DNA of 64,000 bases, from contig OZ220733.1 of the NCBI GenBank assembly GCA_965116875.1, positions 1,056,001 to 1,120,000 of the forward strand. Direction: 5' to 3'. Shown in pieces: positions 9,871-20,577 of the stretch. Below the pieces are notes generated by a model. It was not told where the DNA came from and ran no database searches. It worked only from the letters and a program-made list of their open reading frames with translations. The position numbers and the translations under genes were made by a program. Positions within the stretch are counted from its first letter, which is position 1. Every line of letters begins with the position of its first letter. Source of the DNA: Candidatus Latescibacterota bacterium (GTDB taxonomy: Bacteria; Latescibacterota; UBA2968; GCA-2709665).

Positions 9871-11142
9871 TCAGCCTTCGTCCTTCGCCTCTCCCGTCGC
9901 TTCCCGGTATTCGGCGATCCGCTTTTCGGCTTCTTCTTCGGTATAGGATCCGATAACTGCGCCGCTGTGTTCCGGAAGCTCGTAGGATGCCGTCTTGCCG
10001 ACGTGGGGCGTCAACTTTTCCCGCAGGTCGTTTGCCGTCTCGTGGTACATCCCGTCCAGAATGGAATCCATCTCCTCCATCGTCAATCCGCCGCCGAAGA
10101 TCGCCCCGCTCACGTCGGTCTCTTCGCCGATGGACTGCGTCATGCGCTCCTCGAATGAATCCGGGTAATCCACGTGGCTTCTTACACCCTGGAACTGCGC
10201 ATCGGCGAGGTCCGCACCCTGGAGATGCGCGCCCACGATGAAGGCACCCTGCAGATGCGTTCGGCCCAGCGTTGCGCCGCGCAGCATCGAGCGGGCAAGG
10301 TCGGCGCCCTGCAGGTTCGCCCGGGACAGGCTCGCGGCGTCGAGTCGCGCCCCCACCAGGTCCGCGCCCTGAAGCCTCGCCCACGAGAGTCCGGCCACCT
10401 GAAGGTGCGCCCACGACAGGTCCGCGCCCTGCAGTTGCGCCCCGACCAGGTCCGCACCCTGAAGCCTCGACTCCGCAAGATTGGCGCCGCACAGGTACCC
10501 GGCACAGAGCGTCGCTCCGTTCAACCAGCTTCCCTGAAGGTCGATGCGAAGCCCCTGGCAGATACCGCGAGGGGAGGTGAAGAGCAGGTTAAGCAGGCTC
10601 TGTACCTCCTCCGACGGATTCGACCTGTACCTTCTCCGATAGGTGTCCTGTTCCGTGGCGCGGCGGATATGCGAGCAGAGAATGTCCAGCACTGGCTGTC
10701 GTAACGATTCGGTTTCCTGCGCGAGGTGGAAGAGTTCGTAGGCGCCGCCCAGGCGGACCGCAACGGACTCGTGCCCCAGGTGTTCGACGCCGTAGTGCAG
10801 GCGTTGATGCCTCAGTCCGTGTTCGGCGTCACGGCTCGCGCGTGCCTGCTCCGCCGTGGCCCGGGCCTGCTCGACAGCCGCGTCGGCCTGTGCTTTCGCA
10901 ACCGCGTCCATCGCTCTGGAGCGTTTGTAGGCCATCAGGGCGTTCAGAGCAACCAGGACGCCGGCAGCGCCGATCCCCAGGAACTTGAGCGTATCGGCTT
11001 TCTGGTGCATGCCCAGAACCGAAGACATGGAATACGCGGCCCCGGGTACGAACAGGAAGCACACGAATGCCCCCAGTGCAAGCACAAACAGGGCGATCAG
11101 CACGGTCTGCAGAACCAGGAAAAGATTCATCGAGTCCTCCAT
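9871..11142 (-). CDS. Membrane-anchored pentapeptide-repeat protein
   Basis: Two N-terminal TM helices; motif EHLG-ES--VRLGGAYELFHLA...LDILCSHIR; tandem A(D/N)L-x-x pentapeptides (GADLVGAQLQGADLSWAHLQ...). Confidence 0.9.
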   Translation of the reverse strand: MEDSMNLFLVLQTVLIALFVLALGAFVCFLFVPGAAYSMSSVLGMHQKADTLKFLGIGAAGVLVALNALMAYKRSRAMDAVAKAQADAAVEQARATAEQARASRDAEHGLRHQRLHYGVEHLGHESVAVRLGGAYELFHLAQETESLRQPVLDILCSHIRRATEQDTYRRRYRSNPSEEVQSLLNLLFTSPRGICQGLRIDLQGSWLNGATLCAGYLCGANLAESRLQGADLVGAQLQGADLSWAHLQVAGLSWARLQGADLVGARLDAASLSRANLQGADLARSMLRGATLGRTHLQGAFIVGAHLQGADLADAQFQGVRSHVDYPDSFEERMTQSIGEETDVSGAIFGGGLTMEEMDSILDGMYHETANDLREKLTPHVGKTASYELPEHSGAVIGSYTEEEAEKRIAEYREATGEAKDEG

Positions 11143-11293
11143 GTATAGTGGCGGTTTTCAGCATTGGGATCAGCTGTTGTCGCGCGCCCCTGGATATGTC
11201 GGGCGCAGCCGCGCATGGCGACTGTATCGGGCAATTGGAAATATCCAGCCTGATGCCGCCATTGGCAAACAAAATTCGCGGCACCGCCCTGCT

Positions 11294-13825
11294 TCACGCC
11301 ATCAGATCGTCCCGGCCCAGTTCGGTAGCCGGCGTTCGGCTGGCGCGCGCCGCGGGGTAGAGGCTTGCCAGCAATGCCGCGCCGAGTATGGCGGCCACCT
11401 GCCGGAGAACGGATCCCCAGGGCCAATAGACCTGTATGGTCCATCCGAAATACGCCCGGTTGATCTCGAAGACAAGTATCCCCGCAAGCAGCACGCCTCC
11501 CAGAAGCCCAAGCCCCGTTCCCAGCAGTCCGAAACCCATGCCCTGGCCCAGAAACAGACGGAAGACCTGGCCGCGCTTCGCACCGACCGCGCGATACAAC
11601 GCCAGTTCGGTCACCTGCTCCCGTACGAGAACAAGAAGCATCAGCATGACGCCGCAAACGGCAATCAGCAGACTCATCCCCTGCAGAATCCGCGTGACCA
11701 GAAACGTCTGATCGAAAATCCGGAACACCTCGTCCCTGAGCCGTCGATTGCTGCGAATCTGGAGCGGCGCATCCGAATACTGCGCTTTCAGATGTTCGAT
11801 CACCGTGTCCGCCTCCCAACCTGGCTGGAGGAAAAGCGCCGCCCCGTTGACCGGCCCGGGTCCGAAGGTGGCCTCCAGTGTCTTCAGGTCCATGACAACC
11901 GCGCCGCCGCTCGTATGGTAGTCGTAGTACACACCCGCCACGGTAAACCGGACCTCGCCGTCCGGGCCGGAAACCGCGATTTCGTCACCGGACCACGTAT
12001 CGGTCCCGCGGGCAAGCGTCTCTCCCACAAGAACCGCGGACTCCTCTCGCACCCGTCGAAACGCCTCATCCACGTTTCCGTCTAGCAGCGGAAAACGTAC
12101 CTCGCCTCCGGGAAGCGCCATGTCCACCCCGGCCAGTCCGATCTGACGATCGCCGGACCAGCCCGGGAAGCCGCGGAGCCGGTCCACCATCGCCACGCCC
12201 GGATGACGCGCCAGGTCCTCAACCAGTTCGTCATCCAGGGTACCCTCGTTTCCGCGCCCCCGCCAGGAAGCGGGCGAAATGTACACATCCGCGCGGACCG
12301 ACGCGTTGACCCAGACTTCCATTGTCCGCCGGAAACTTCCAACCATCAGCGTGATGCCCACCAGCATGCTGACCGCTATGGCCAGAGACGCCACCGCGAA
12401 CGACGTCGTCCGGATACGAACAGCCAATGACCTCAGGCTGTAACCCGGCCCGAATCCCCTGACGCGCACGCGGCCGCAAACCTGGCTGATCGCGAATGGC
12501 GCGCACAGCGGAAGACCGATGAGGAGCGCCACGCAAAGGACGAACCCGGCCGGTTTCCATTCCCTGCCCCACCCGAGGTACCAGACGCCAGCCGCCGCAA
12601 TGATGCCCACTCCGGCGAATAACAGCCGCAGTACCAGCGGACCCGTCCGCTCCTGAAGCGGAACTGCCGAAAGCAGGGCCCGGGTATCCCGCCGGCTCAT
12701 GTCCAGCGCTGGCGCCAGGGCGCCCGCCAGGGCGCCCCCCATCCCGATCGCCACACCCAGCCCATAAAGCCATCCCGGCAGCCTGAGGGATGAGATTTCC
12801 TCCAGCAGGTAGAGATTGGTGAGCGTCGCGCTAACGACCTCCAGGTTCACCTCGGCGGCCCAGTACCCCAACGGCAGGCCCAGCAGCACCCCCACCGCCC
12901 CCAGAAGCGCCACTTCCCCCAGTATCAGCGCAAGGACCTGAGCCCGCGTGGCGCCCAGCGAGCGCAGAAGTCCGAACTCCGTCCGCCGCCGTATCAACCC
13001 CGCCTGCGTGCTGCTGTATACCAGGAACAGTCCGACGAACAGGCTGATCAGGCTCATCGCCGAAAGATTCAGCCTGAATGCCGAAAGCAGACCCTCCGCC
13101 TGCTCCGACCGCTGGCCGGGCGTTGCCACGCGCACTCCGGGGCCGAGCCTTTCCTGCAATCGCCTTCGGACGCCTGCGGGGTCCGCGCCCCCGGCGACCC
13201 GCACGTCAATCTGATGAAGCTGGCCCTTCCGCCCCAGCAGCGCCTGCGCTTGCGCGATGTCCATAACCACCAGTTTCCGGCTGGCTACCGGGCTCAGCGC
13301 CTGGAAGTCCACCAGCGCCCCCACGCGCAGACGCACCTGCCGAACCCCGCTTTGCACTTCGAACGTGTCGCCCACGGACCAGCCGAGCCGCTCAGCCAGT
13401 GCCGGCGTTACCGCGCTCCAACCGTCTCCTGCGAGCGCGGCGGAGATATCGCCGGGGTCGCGCTGCCACGGGATCCGCATCGGCGTAAAGAAGTCGACCC
13501 CCAGCACCTCGAGAAAGAACCTCTCCCTGCCCGCCAGCGCCACGTCCATCCGGTACAACGGCCAGGCCGACGCCACACCCTCCACGGACAGCACTTTGGG
13601 GTACGACCGTTCCGAAAACGCCGGCGTTCTTCCCAGCACGCTCAGGTCCGCCTCCCCGCTTACCGCCCGTACGGTCCCCTCGAACGCGGCCAGCGCGTTG
13701 AAATTCACAATCTGAATGGAGAGTACCGAAGCAACGCCAAGCGCCACGCCGAAAACGGTCAGAAAATAGAGGCTGCCTCCCGCGCGAAGCTGGGCGCCGA
13801 GAGATTTCGCGAAATAGCGGGTCAC
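11294..13825 (-). CDS. ABC transporter permease, duplicated MacB/FtsX-like (AttF/G-like)
   Basis: 843 aa; two MacB-PCD/FtsX halves, RRTEFGLLRSLGATR and ELALYRAVGAKR motifs, INRAYFGWT. Confidence 0.9.
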   Translation of the reverse strand: MTRYFAKSLGAQLRAGGSLYFLTVFGVALGVASVLSIQIVNFNALAAFEGTVRAVSGEADLSVLGRTPAFSERSYPKVLSVEGVASAWPLYRMDVALAGRERFFLEVLGVDFFTPMRIPWQRDPGDISAALAGDGWSAVTPALAERLGWSVGDTFEVQSGVRQVRLRVGALVDFQALSPVASRKLVVMDIAQAQALLGRKGQLHQIDVRVAGGADPAGVRRRLQERLGPGVRVATPGQRSEQAEGLLSAFRLNLSAMSLISLFVGLFLVYSSTQAGLIRRRTEFGLLRSLGATRAQVLALILGEVALLGAVGVLLGLPLGYWAAEVNLEVVSATLTNLYLLEEISSLRLPGWLYGLGVAIGMGGALAGALAPALDMSRRDTRALLSAVPLQERTGPLVLRLLFAGVGIIAAAGVWYLGWGREWKPAGFVLCVALLIGLPLCAPFAISQVCGRVRVRGFGPGYSLRSLAVRIRTTSFAVASLAIAVSMLVGITLMVGSFRRTMEVWVNASVRADVYISPASWRGRGNEGTLDDELVEDLARHPGVAMVDRLRGFPGWSGDRQIGLAGVDMALPGGEVRFPLLDGNVDEAFRRVREESAVLVGETLARGTDTWSGDEIAVSGPDGEVRFTVAGVYYDYHTSGGAVVMDLKTLEATFGPGPVNGAALFLQPGWEADTVIEHLKAQYSDAPLQIRSNRRLRDEVFRIFDQTFLVTRILQGMSLLIAVCGVMLMLLVLVREQVTELALYRAVGAKRGQVFRLFLGQGMGFGLLGTGLGLLGGVLLAGILVFEINRAYFGWTIQVYWPWGSVLRQVAAILGAALLASLYPAARASRTPATELGRDDLMA

Positions 13826-14538
13826 GCGGTCGTCCGCGGCCGGGGCGTATGGCTCAGCTCTCCGCTGTGCAGTTCCCAGACCTCATCGGCAAGCGTGGCG
13901 AACTCCCGGCTGTGGGTTACGTATACCAGCGTCGCACCCTCGTGATCAACCAGTTCCGTCATCAGTTCCATCACCCGCCGTCCGTTATCGTCGTCCAGGT
14001 TGCCCGTTGGTTCGTCCGCCAGCAGCAAACCGGGGCGCCGCAACAACGCCCGGCAGATGGCCACCCGCTGCTGTTCTCCGCCCGACAGCTTCTGCACCGG
14101 GTCCCCCGCGCGGTCGCCCAGGTCCACGCGTTCCAGGAGTTCCATGGCCCGGGGGCGGTACAGCCGCGGCTTTTCCCCCGCGATCATCGCGGGCAACGCG
14201 ACGTTGTCCGCGACCGGCAGGTGCGGCATCAGATAGAAAAACTGAAAAATGAGTCCGACCTCGTCGCGGCGCAGTTTCGTTCGAGCTTCTTCCGGCAGCG
14301 CGCTCAGGTCCCGTTCGCCCACCCTCACCGTCCCTCCGGTGGGAACGTCAATGCCGGCCGCAAGGTGCAGAAGGGTGGACTTCCCGCTTCCGCTGCGTCC
14401 GACAATCGCCACCTTCCGGGCTGGCTCGACGACAAACGACACGCCACGCAGCGCGTAACGAGATCCGGCTCCCGCATCGTAAACCTTCGAAACGTCTTCA
14501 AACGAGAGCGCGTGCGCCGTTGCGAACTCTTCATTCAT
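13822..14538 (-). CDS. ABC transporter ATP-binding protein (LolD/AttE-like)
   Basis: [34 protein letters not shown]; overlaps the permease start. Confidence 0.93.
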   Translation of the reverse strand: MNEEFATAHALSFEDVSKVYDAGAGSRYALRGVSFVVEPARKVAIVGRSGSGKSTLLHLAAGIDVPTGGTVRVGERDLSALPEEARTKLRRDEVGLIFQFFYLMPHLPVADNVALPAMIAGEKPRLYRPRAMELLERVDLGDRAGDPVQKLSGGEQQRVAICRALLRRPGLLLADEPTGNLDDDNGRRVMELMTELVDHEGATLVYVTHSREFATLADEVWELHSGELSHTPRPRTTA

Positions 14539-14689
14539 CCGGGTGTTACCGCCGTGAAGCGCGAAGGACGGCCGCAGCCGTGCCGGCGCTGGAGATTACA
14601 GATGGATTGAGGTTGCGATTCCGGTTGTTTTCCCGTATCTATTTCAGCACGGATCGCGATACCCAGGAACCTCAGGTGAGGAACTTGAT

Positions 14690-15745
14690 TTGCCGTTCAT
14701 CAGGAAAAAACACACGCTCACAAGCCTGGCACGGACCTGCGGGTGAGCGGCCAAAGTCAGTCCGGTCGGACTGAAGAAGCTTCTGGACGGCCTGCCTCAA
14801 AACGCCGATCCGAATCTGATGGTGGGATTTCAGTCCAGCGACGACGCCGGCGTATACCGATTGGACGATGAGACCGCCCTCGTGCTCACGGCGGACTTCA
14901 TCACGCCTCCGGTGGACGATCCGTACGTTTTCGGACAGATCGGCGCGGCCAACGCCCTCAGCGACGTCTACGCCATGGGCGGTCGGCCGATCGCGTGCCT
15001 GAACCTGATTGGATTCCCGTCCCGTCGCCTCGGGCCGGAGGTCCTGGAGGGGATCGTAGAGGGCGCCCTCAGCAAAATCACGGAAGCCGGCGCCGTGCTG
15101 GCGGGCGGGCACACCACCGACGATGAGGAACCCAAATTCGGCCTGTCCGTAACCGGTGTCGTACACCCCCGAAAATACTGGCACAACGCGGGAGCCCGTC
15201 CGGGCGACCTGCTCATCCTGACCAAACCCATCGGCAGCGGCGTACTCTTCAACGCCAATCTGAAAGGATTGGTCTCGGACAAGGCGATGCAGGAATGCCT
15301 GAATACGACAACCGCCCTCAACAGGACCGCGGCGGACGTCATGGCCGGGTTCAACGTACACGCGGCCACCGACGTGACCGGTTTCGGCCTGGCCGGCCAT
15401 GCCCTCGAAATCGCGAGGGGTTCCGGGCTGACCCTGGAAATCTCCACGGCGGACGTTCCGGTGATGCCGGAAGCCCTGGAAATGTACGGAAAGGGCGTTG
15501 GCACCGGCGCAAACGCAGCCAACAGGGAACTCATCCGGGACGCGACCCGCTTTGACGCCGTCCTCCCCGATCGCCACGACGAGATATTCGTCGATCCCCA
15601 GACCAGCGGCGGTCTGCTGGTCTCGGTCCCTCCCGACCAGGGCAGGAGCCTCCTGGCAGGCCTGCACGACGCCGGAGAGGGAGCAGCGCGAATCATCGGC
15701 GCCGCGAAGCCCCTGGACGGGAGCGCACAGATCATCTTTGCATAA
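14690..15745 (+). CDS. selD: Selenide, water dikinase SelD, selenocysteine-containing (UGA recoded at 14744-14746)
   Basis: RBS gaggaa then TTG at 14690 reads ...LTSLARTCG-U-AAKVSPVGL...DPNLMVGF, in frame with the track ORF ([58 protein letters not shown]). Confidence 0.93.
14757..14774 (+). promoter_or_regulatory. Bacterial SECIS-like hairpin
   Basis: Perfect stem tcagtcc/ggactga with loop ggtc, starting 11 nt after the in-frame TGA. Confidence 0.75.
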
Positions 15746-15804
15746 GTGTCCTGCCCCGAAAACACCTCACCAACCGGGACATCCGTGTCCGGGACAGAAC
15801 GCTA
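15743..15804. repeat. Internally deleted copy of palindromic MITE-like family A between convergent selD and trmB
   Basis: Left end gtgtcctgccccgaaaacacctcacc and inverted right end gggacagaacgc match the ends of 16887-17049. Confidence 0.7.
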
Positions 15805-16821
15805 TCGGCCCACCGCGCTTTCCGCCACGCTCAACCCCGGACAGAGCTTCAGTACCATCTCTCCCACCCTGCCCACAGCCTGCTTCACGCCCCAGGTGGG
15901 CCGCGGCTGTCCGATCGGGGACAGTTTGATCAGCACCCGGTTTCCGGTGCGCGCCAGAACCAGGATGCCGAAATGCTGGGAGAATGCGCCTTCCCGGACC
16001 ATCGTCTCCACCAGACAGTCCCCGTTCCGGTCGGTGTAGAGTCCCACCAGTTTGATCACCACCGTCACGCCGTGATGGTCCGTCCGCCAGGAACTCGTGT
16101 CGAATTCCGCCGGCAGCCGCGCACGGTCGTACTTCCCTTTCAGCAGCATATTCGGCATCGGTCCAACCTTCTCAACGGTTTTCGCCCCGGCGCCGCCGGC
16201 TTCGCGCAACCAGACAAAATAGTGGACGGGCACGCCGGCGTCCAGGGCCTTGCGTTCATACTTGGTGGGCTTCCTGCCCTGCAAATGGGGCACCCACGGA
16301 GACGGAAAGCCGGATCGCAGGAGCGGCTGCGCCTCCAGGATCCCGGAAATCCACGACGCGTATTCCCCGTGGTCGGTCGCCACGGTCACCGTCCCGTCCG
16401 GCGTCAGTCGCTCCGCGAGCACCCGGACGAATGCCGGCTGGATCAGGCGCCTGCCGTGATGGCGCTCCTTGGGCCAGGGATCCGGAAAGTTGACGTAGAC
16501 CCGTGTGACGCTCTCCACCGAAAAGAGGCGTTCCAGCACAAAATCCGCCCCTCCGTGGACCACCCACACGTTCCCGGGTCCGCTTCGCTCCAACCGCCTG
16601 AACAGCCGCTGAACCGACACCCACGATCGTTCGATCCCGACGAAATTCATCTCCGGATGCGCAAGGGCCCGGTCCACCAGAAACTCGCCCGTGCCGAAGC
16701 CGATTTCAACAACCAGCGGGCCCGGACGGCCGAAGACCGTCCCCCAATCAGGCGGCCAGTCCACTCGTGTCCAGGGGACCATGTAACTCAGGATGGCTTC
16801 GCTCAGCGGCCTGGCAGCCAT
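15802..16821 (-). CDS. trmB: tRNA (guanine-N7)-methyltransferase TrmB with C-terminal extension
   Basis: VEIGFGTGEF, NFVGIE, NFPDPWPKERHHGRRL, ATDH--Y, TKYERKA; about 120 extra C-terminal residues. Confidence 0.92.
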   Translation of the reverse strand: MAARPLSEAILSYMVPWTRVDWPPDWGTVFGRPGPLVVEIGFGTGEFLVDRALAHPEMNFVGIERSWVSVQRLFRRLERSGPGNVWVVHGGADFVLERLFSVESVTRVYVNFPDPWPKERHHGRRLIQPAFVRVLAERLTPDGTVTVATDHGEYASWISGILEAQPLLRSGFPSPWVPHLQGRKPTKYERKALDAGVPVHYFVWLREAGGAGAKTVEKVGPMPNMLLKGKYDRARLPAEFDTSSWRTDHHGVTVVIKLVGLYTDRNGDCLVETMVREGAFSQHFGILVLARTGNRVLIKLSPIGQPRPTWGVKQAVGRVGEMVLKLCPGLSVAESAVGR

Positions 16822-16886
16822 GGCATCGCTCCGGTTGGCAGAAACCCTTCAAGGATACAGGCCTGGCCGCCCATCAGCAGCGCTTG

Positions 16887-17049
16887 GTGTCCTGTCCCAA
16901 AAATTCCTCACCATTCGACCGACGATTCATCCCGTCTCGCTACGTTCCCCTCGCTCGCCGACCATACGCAGGGCGCCTGCGCTCGGGCGCCTTGCGAGCC
17001 GGGCGACTCGGCTGTCGAATTCAGGCAACTTATTTTCGGGACAGAACAC
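16887..17049. mobile_element. MITE-like palindromic element, family A (163 bp)
   Basis: Terminal inverted repeats gtgtcctgtcccaaaaat / attttcgggacagaacac (16 of 18 match), plus long internal inverted arms attcgac...tcgc / gcga...gtcgaat; partial copies at 15743, 23705 and 50615. Confidence 0.75.
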
Positions 17050-17208
17050 TGGACTCTGGAACTGAATATCGTGGAAAGGGCTTTGGGTATCGGGCTTTGG
17101 TTCAAAGTCTCCTCCAAAAAGCAGGAATACATCCCAGAGTTTCTGCGACTCGACGAAACGCTCAGCGGGGGAACGAGCGTACCAATCCCTGAGTTCACCT
17201 TCGTACAT
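17050..17208 (-). pseudogene. Remnant of a small gene pair (short antitoxin-like ORF plus the first ~20 codons of a putative nucleotidyltransferase) cut by the MITE
   Basis: ORF MYEGELRDWYARSPAERFVESQKLWDVFLLFGGDFEPKPDTQSPF; overlapping RBS ggagga and TTG at 17105 gives MNQSPIPKALSTIFSSRVQC, which runs straight into the MITE end. Family assignment is from recollection only. Confidence 0.45.
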
Positions 17209-17568
17209 TGGTTCGCGTTCCTGAAATCATCAATTGGCGCGGACCAGGTGAATTCCGAAAGAGGGCGGTCCGGACTCCCGCACATGGGAGCAGAATCGCC
17301 GCCCCGTTGAATGTAGGGGATATGGGAAGCCGAATCAAGAGGCAGGTTCCGCCAACGCCAACGCCGCGAAAAACCATTGACATCGGAATCCCTGCAATGC
17401 ATGTTTTGTTCGTCGTGGACTATTTGAGTAGAAGATGAATAAAATCAACCAGATAAGGGATTTATCCGGTCTCGCCGACGCCAGAGGCCGGCGGGCACGT
17501 ATGGCCGATCGCGATGACGCCGGGCGGCAGATTCCGAAGGGCAATGGGCTTCCAGAGGAGGGTTTGCG

Positions 17569-18207
17569 ATGAACGTATTGATCCTGTCGGGTGCAAATCA
17601 CGGCTTTGATCAGAGCGCCGGAATGATCCATGGGTTTCTGGAGGACCAGTCCGAACTGTCCGTGCAGCTGAGCACGGACAAGGACCTGCTGGCAGGCGGG
17701 ATGGACCCTTACGACGTCTGCGTGTTCGGAACGGGGTTCACGCGTACCGCCAGGCGGGAGGACGGTTCGATTGCCCGCGAACCGGACCTGACGCCCGCGC
17801 AGGAGGACGGTCTCTTCGGGTTCGTCGGCGGCGGCAAGGGGCTGGTGGGGATACACGGATCGGCATGGTGGATCGGCGGGCCGGCGGTGGACCTCCTGGG
17901 CGGGCACGCCAACTGGCACCCGCCCGGGTTGACGTTCAGCGTACGGGTGGAAGACGCGGACCATCCCGTGATGGAAGGCATCGAGGATTTCGAGGTGGAC
18001 GACGAGATTTACATTTCGGCGTATGAACCTCAACTGCGGATTCTCGCGTCCGCGCAATGGCATGGCGGGACGTTTCCCGTCGCGTGGGTGAAGGAGTACG
18101 GATCGGGCCGGGTCTTCTACACGGCGCTCGGCCACGGTCCCGGGACGTTCGCGAGGCCCCCGGTACAGGCCATGCTCTGCCAGGGCGTGCGCTGGGCCGC
18201 GGGTTGA
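17569..18207 (+). CDS. ThuA-like (class I glutamine amidotransferase-like) domain protein
   Basis: GGKGLVGIHGS, DHPVMEGI-DF-V-DEIY, PVAWVKEYGSGRVFYTALGH. Confidence 0.88.
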   Translation: MNVLILSGANHGFDQSAGMIHGFLEDQSELSVQLSTDKDLLAGGMDPYDVCVFGTGFTRTARREDGSIAREPDLTPAQEDGLFGFVGGGKGLVGIHGSAWWIGGPAVDLLGGHANWHPPGLTFSVRVEDADHPVMEGIEDFEVDDEIYISAYEPQLRILASAQWHGGTFPVAWVKEYGSGRVFYTALGHGPGTFARPPVQAMLCQGVRWAAG

Positions 18208-18330
18208 ACGTCACACACTGAGGACCACATTTCGAGGGCTCAATAGCCCGTCGCGCGGCGCGGCCGTTTATTATTCGAGCCGGATAAGGCGCCGGTTTGG
18301 CGCCGGGTTTCGACTCAAGGAGGAACCGAG

Positions 18331-19116
<786 letters not shown>

Positions 19117-19121
19117 CCGAT

Positions 19122-19895
19122 CTATATCGCCAGCTGATGCGCCCGGGTGAAGCAGCGGCGGCGGACGACGTGCACCACGAACACGGAGCCGATGGCAGTG
19201 GCGGCGACGATCATCAGCATCACGATGATCTGATATTTGATGGCGGTCATCGGATCGGAGCCGGCCAGGATCTGACCCGTCATCATCCCGGGCAAAGACA
19301 CCAGGCCGACGGTCATCAGGGCGTTGATGGAGGGTATCATGCCGGCCTTCACCACGTCGCGGAGAATGGCGGCCGTGGCTTCCTGGTAGGTGGCCCCCAG
19401 ACAGAGGGCGAGTTCGATCCGATCCCGCTGATTGCGCAGGTCGGAGAAGAGGCGTTCCAGGGCGATCGTGACCGCGTTCATGGAGTTGCCGACAATCATG
19501 CCGCCCAGGGGGATGAAGTACTGCGGCGTGTACCAGGGCTTGACCTGAACGATGACTGCCGTTACCAGGATGGACACGGTGGTGTAGCTCGCTACCATCG
19601 AAATGAAGGTGGGCATGAAATAGGCCACCTCCTTTTCCTGTACCCGGCCGCGAATGGCGTGAGCGGCCCAGAAGACCATCCAGACGAAGAGGATCAGAAT
19701 CAGGAACGGGTCGTTGATCTGGAAGATGTACTTGAGAACGTAGCCCACGAGGAAGAGCTGCGCGAAGGTGCGCACCGTGCCCCACGCGAGGTCCCTTTCC
19801 AGGTTGAGCCGGAAGACAACCGAACCGGTTCCCGCGATCAGAACGAAAATGAGACACAGAAGCAGTTGCACGGGCGTGATCTCGATCAGGTTCAA
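19122..19895 (-). CDS. fetB: FetB/YbbM (UPF0014) ABC transporter permease
   Basis: RTFAQLFLVGYVL, PQYFIPLGGMIVGNSM, GLVSLPGMMTGQILAG-DP--AIKYQI; TTG start at 19895 after RBS ggagg. Confidence 0.88.
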   Translation of the reverse strand: MNLIEITPVQLLLCLIFVLIAGTGSVVFRLNLERDLAWGTVRTFAQLFLVGYVLKYIFQINDPFLILILFVWMVFWAAHAIRGRVQEKEVAYFMPTFISMVASYTTVSILVTAVIVQVKPWYTPQYFIPLGGMIVGNSMNAVTIALERLFSDLRNQRDRIELALCLGATYQEATAAILRDVVKAGMIPSINALMTVGLVSLPGMMTGQILAGSDPMTAIKYQIIVMLMIVAATAIGSVFVVHVVRRRCFTRAHQLAI

Positions 19896-20554
19896 GCGGA
19901 GACCTCCTGAAGACCGCCGTCGAGCCGGTAACGCCGGGCCGTGACACGAACCGGTATGAAGTCCAGGTGCGTCACCTGGACAATACCGATGTTCTGTTCG
20001 AGCGCGAGGCGTTCCAGCCATGATTCGACCACGGATCTGGACTCGGGGTCGAGGGCGGAAGTGGGTTCGTCGCAAAGGAGAAAACGGGGTTCGGACAGCA
20101 GCGTGCGAATCAGCGCGATCCGCTGTTTCTGTCCGACGGAAAGCGTCTCCGCGTCGTCGTCCAGATCCACGTCCTGAAGCAGGAAATCATCCAGGAGGGC
20201 GCTGAGCCGGTCATCGTCCGGCGGTTGTCGTTCACGTGCGGCTTTGAACGTGAACGACATGGTCAGGTTGGCACGCACGTTGCCACCGGCCATCGCGGGC
20301 GTCTGCTGGACGTAACCGATCATTCGCCGCAACTCCGTGACGTTGTGGCGAGTCACGGGTTCGCCGTCAAGCAGGATGTCGCCCGTTGAGGGTTCCTGCA
20401 GCCGGTTGGGCAACCTGAGGAAGCTGGATTTTCCGCTTCCCGACGGACCGTGGATGAGTACGAAATCGCCGCTGTCAACGGTGAGGTTCACACGTTGAAA
20501 CAGCGGTTTTTTTGTACCGTACTGAAGCGAAAGGTTTTTGATCTCGAGGCGCAT
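19892..20554 (-). CDS. fetA: FetA/YbbL-like ABC ATP-binding protein
   Basis: Start MRLEIKNL at 20554; GPSGSGKSS, LSVGQKQRIAL, LCDEPTSALD, VTH; directly upstream of fetB. Confidence 0.85.
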   Translation of the reverse strand: MRLEIKNLSLQYGTKKPLFQRVNLTVDSGDFVLIHGPSGSGKSSFLRLPNRLQEPSTGDILLDGEPVTRHNVTELRRMIGYVQQTPAMAGGNVRANLTMSFTFKAARERQPPDDDRLSALLDDFLLQDVDLDDDAETLSVGQKQRIALIRTLLSEPRFLLCDEPTSALDPESRSVVESWLERLALEQNIGIVQVTHLDFIPVRVTARRYRLDGGLQEVSA

Positions 20555-20577
20555 GGCTGCCTGAAGAGCGCGAACGG

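Noticed and set aside
9695-10492. N-terminal 266 aa of the 650-aa WD40 ORF
   Set aside because: Off-frame overlap with the pentapeptide gene; the real start is at 9694 by signal peptide and paralogue alignment.
7316-10500. Periodic DNA repeats as a possible CRISPR array or DGR
   Set aside because: Explained by WD40 and pentapeptide coding repeats; no constant-repeat/unique-spacer pattern, and no cas or reverse transcriptase gene.
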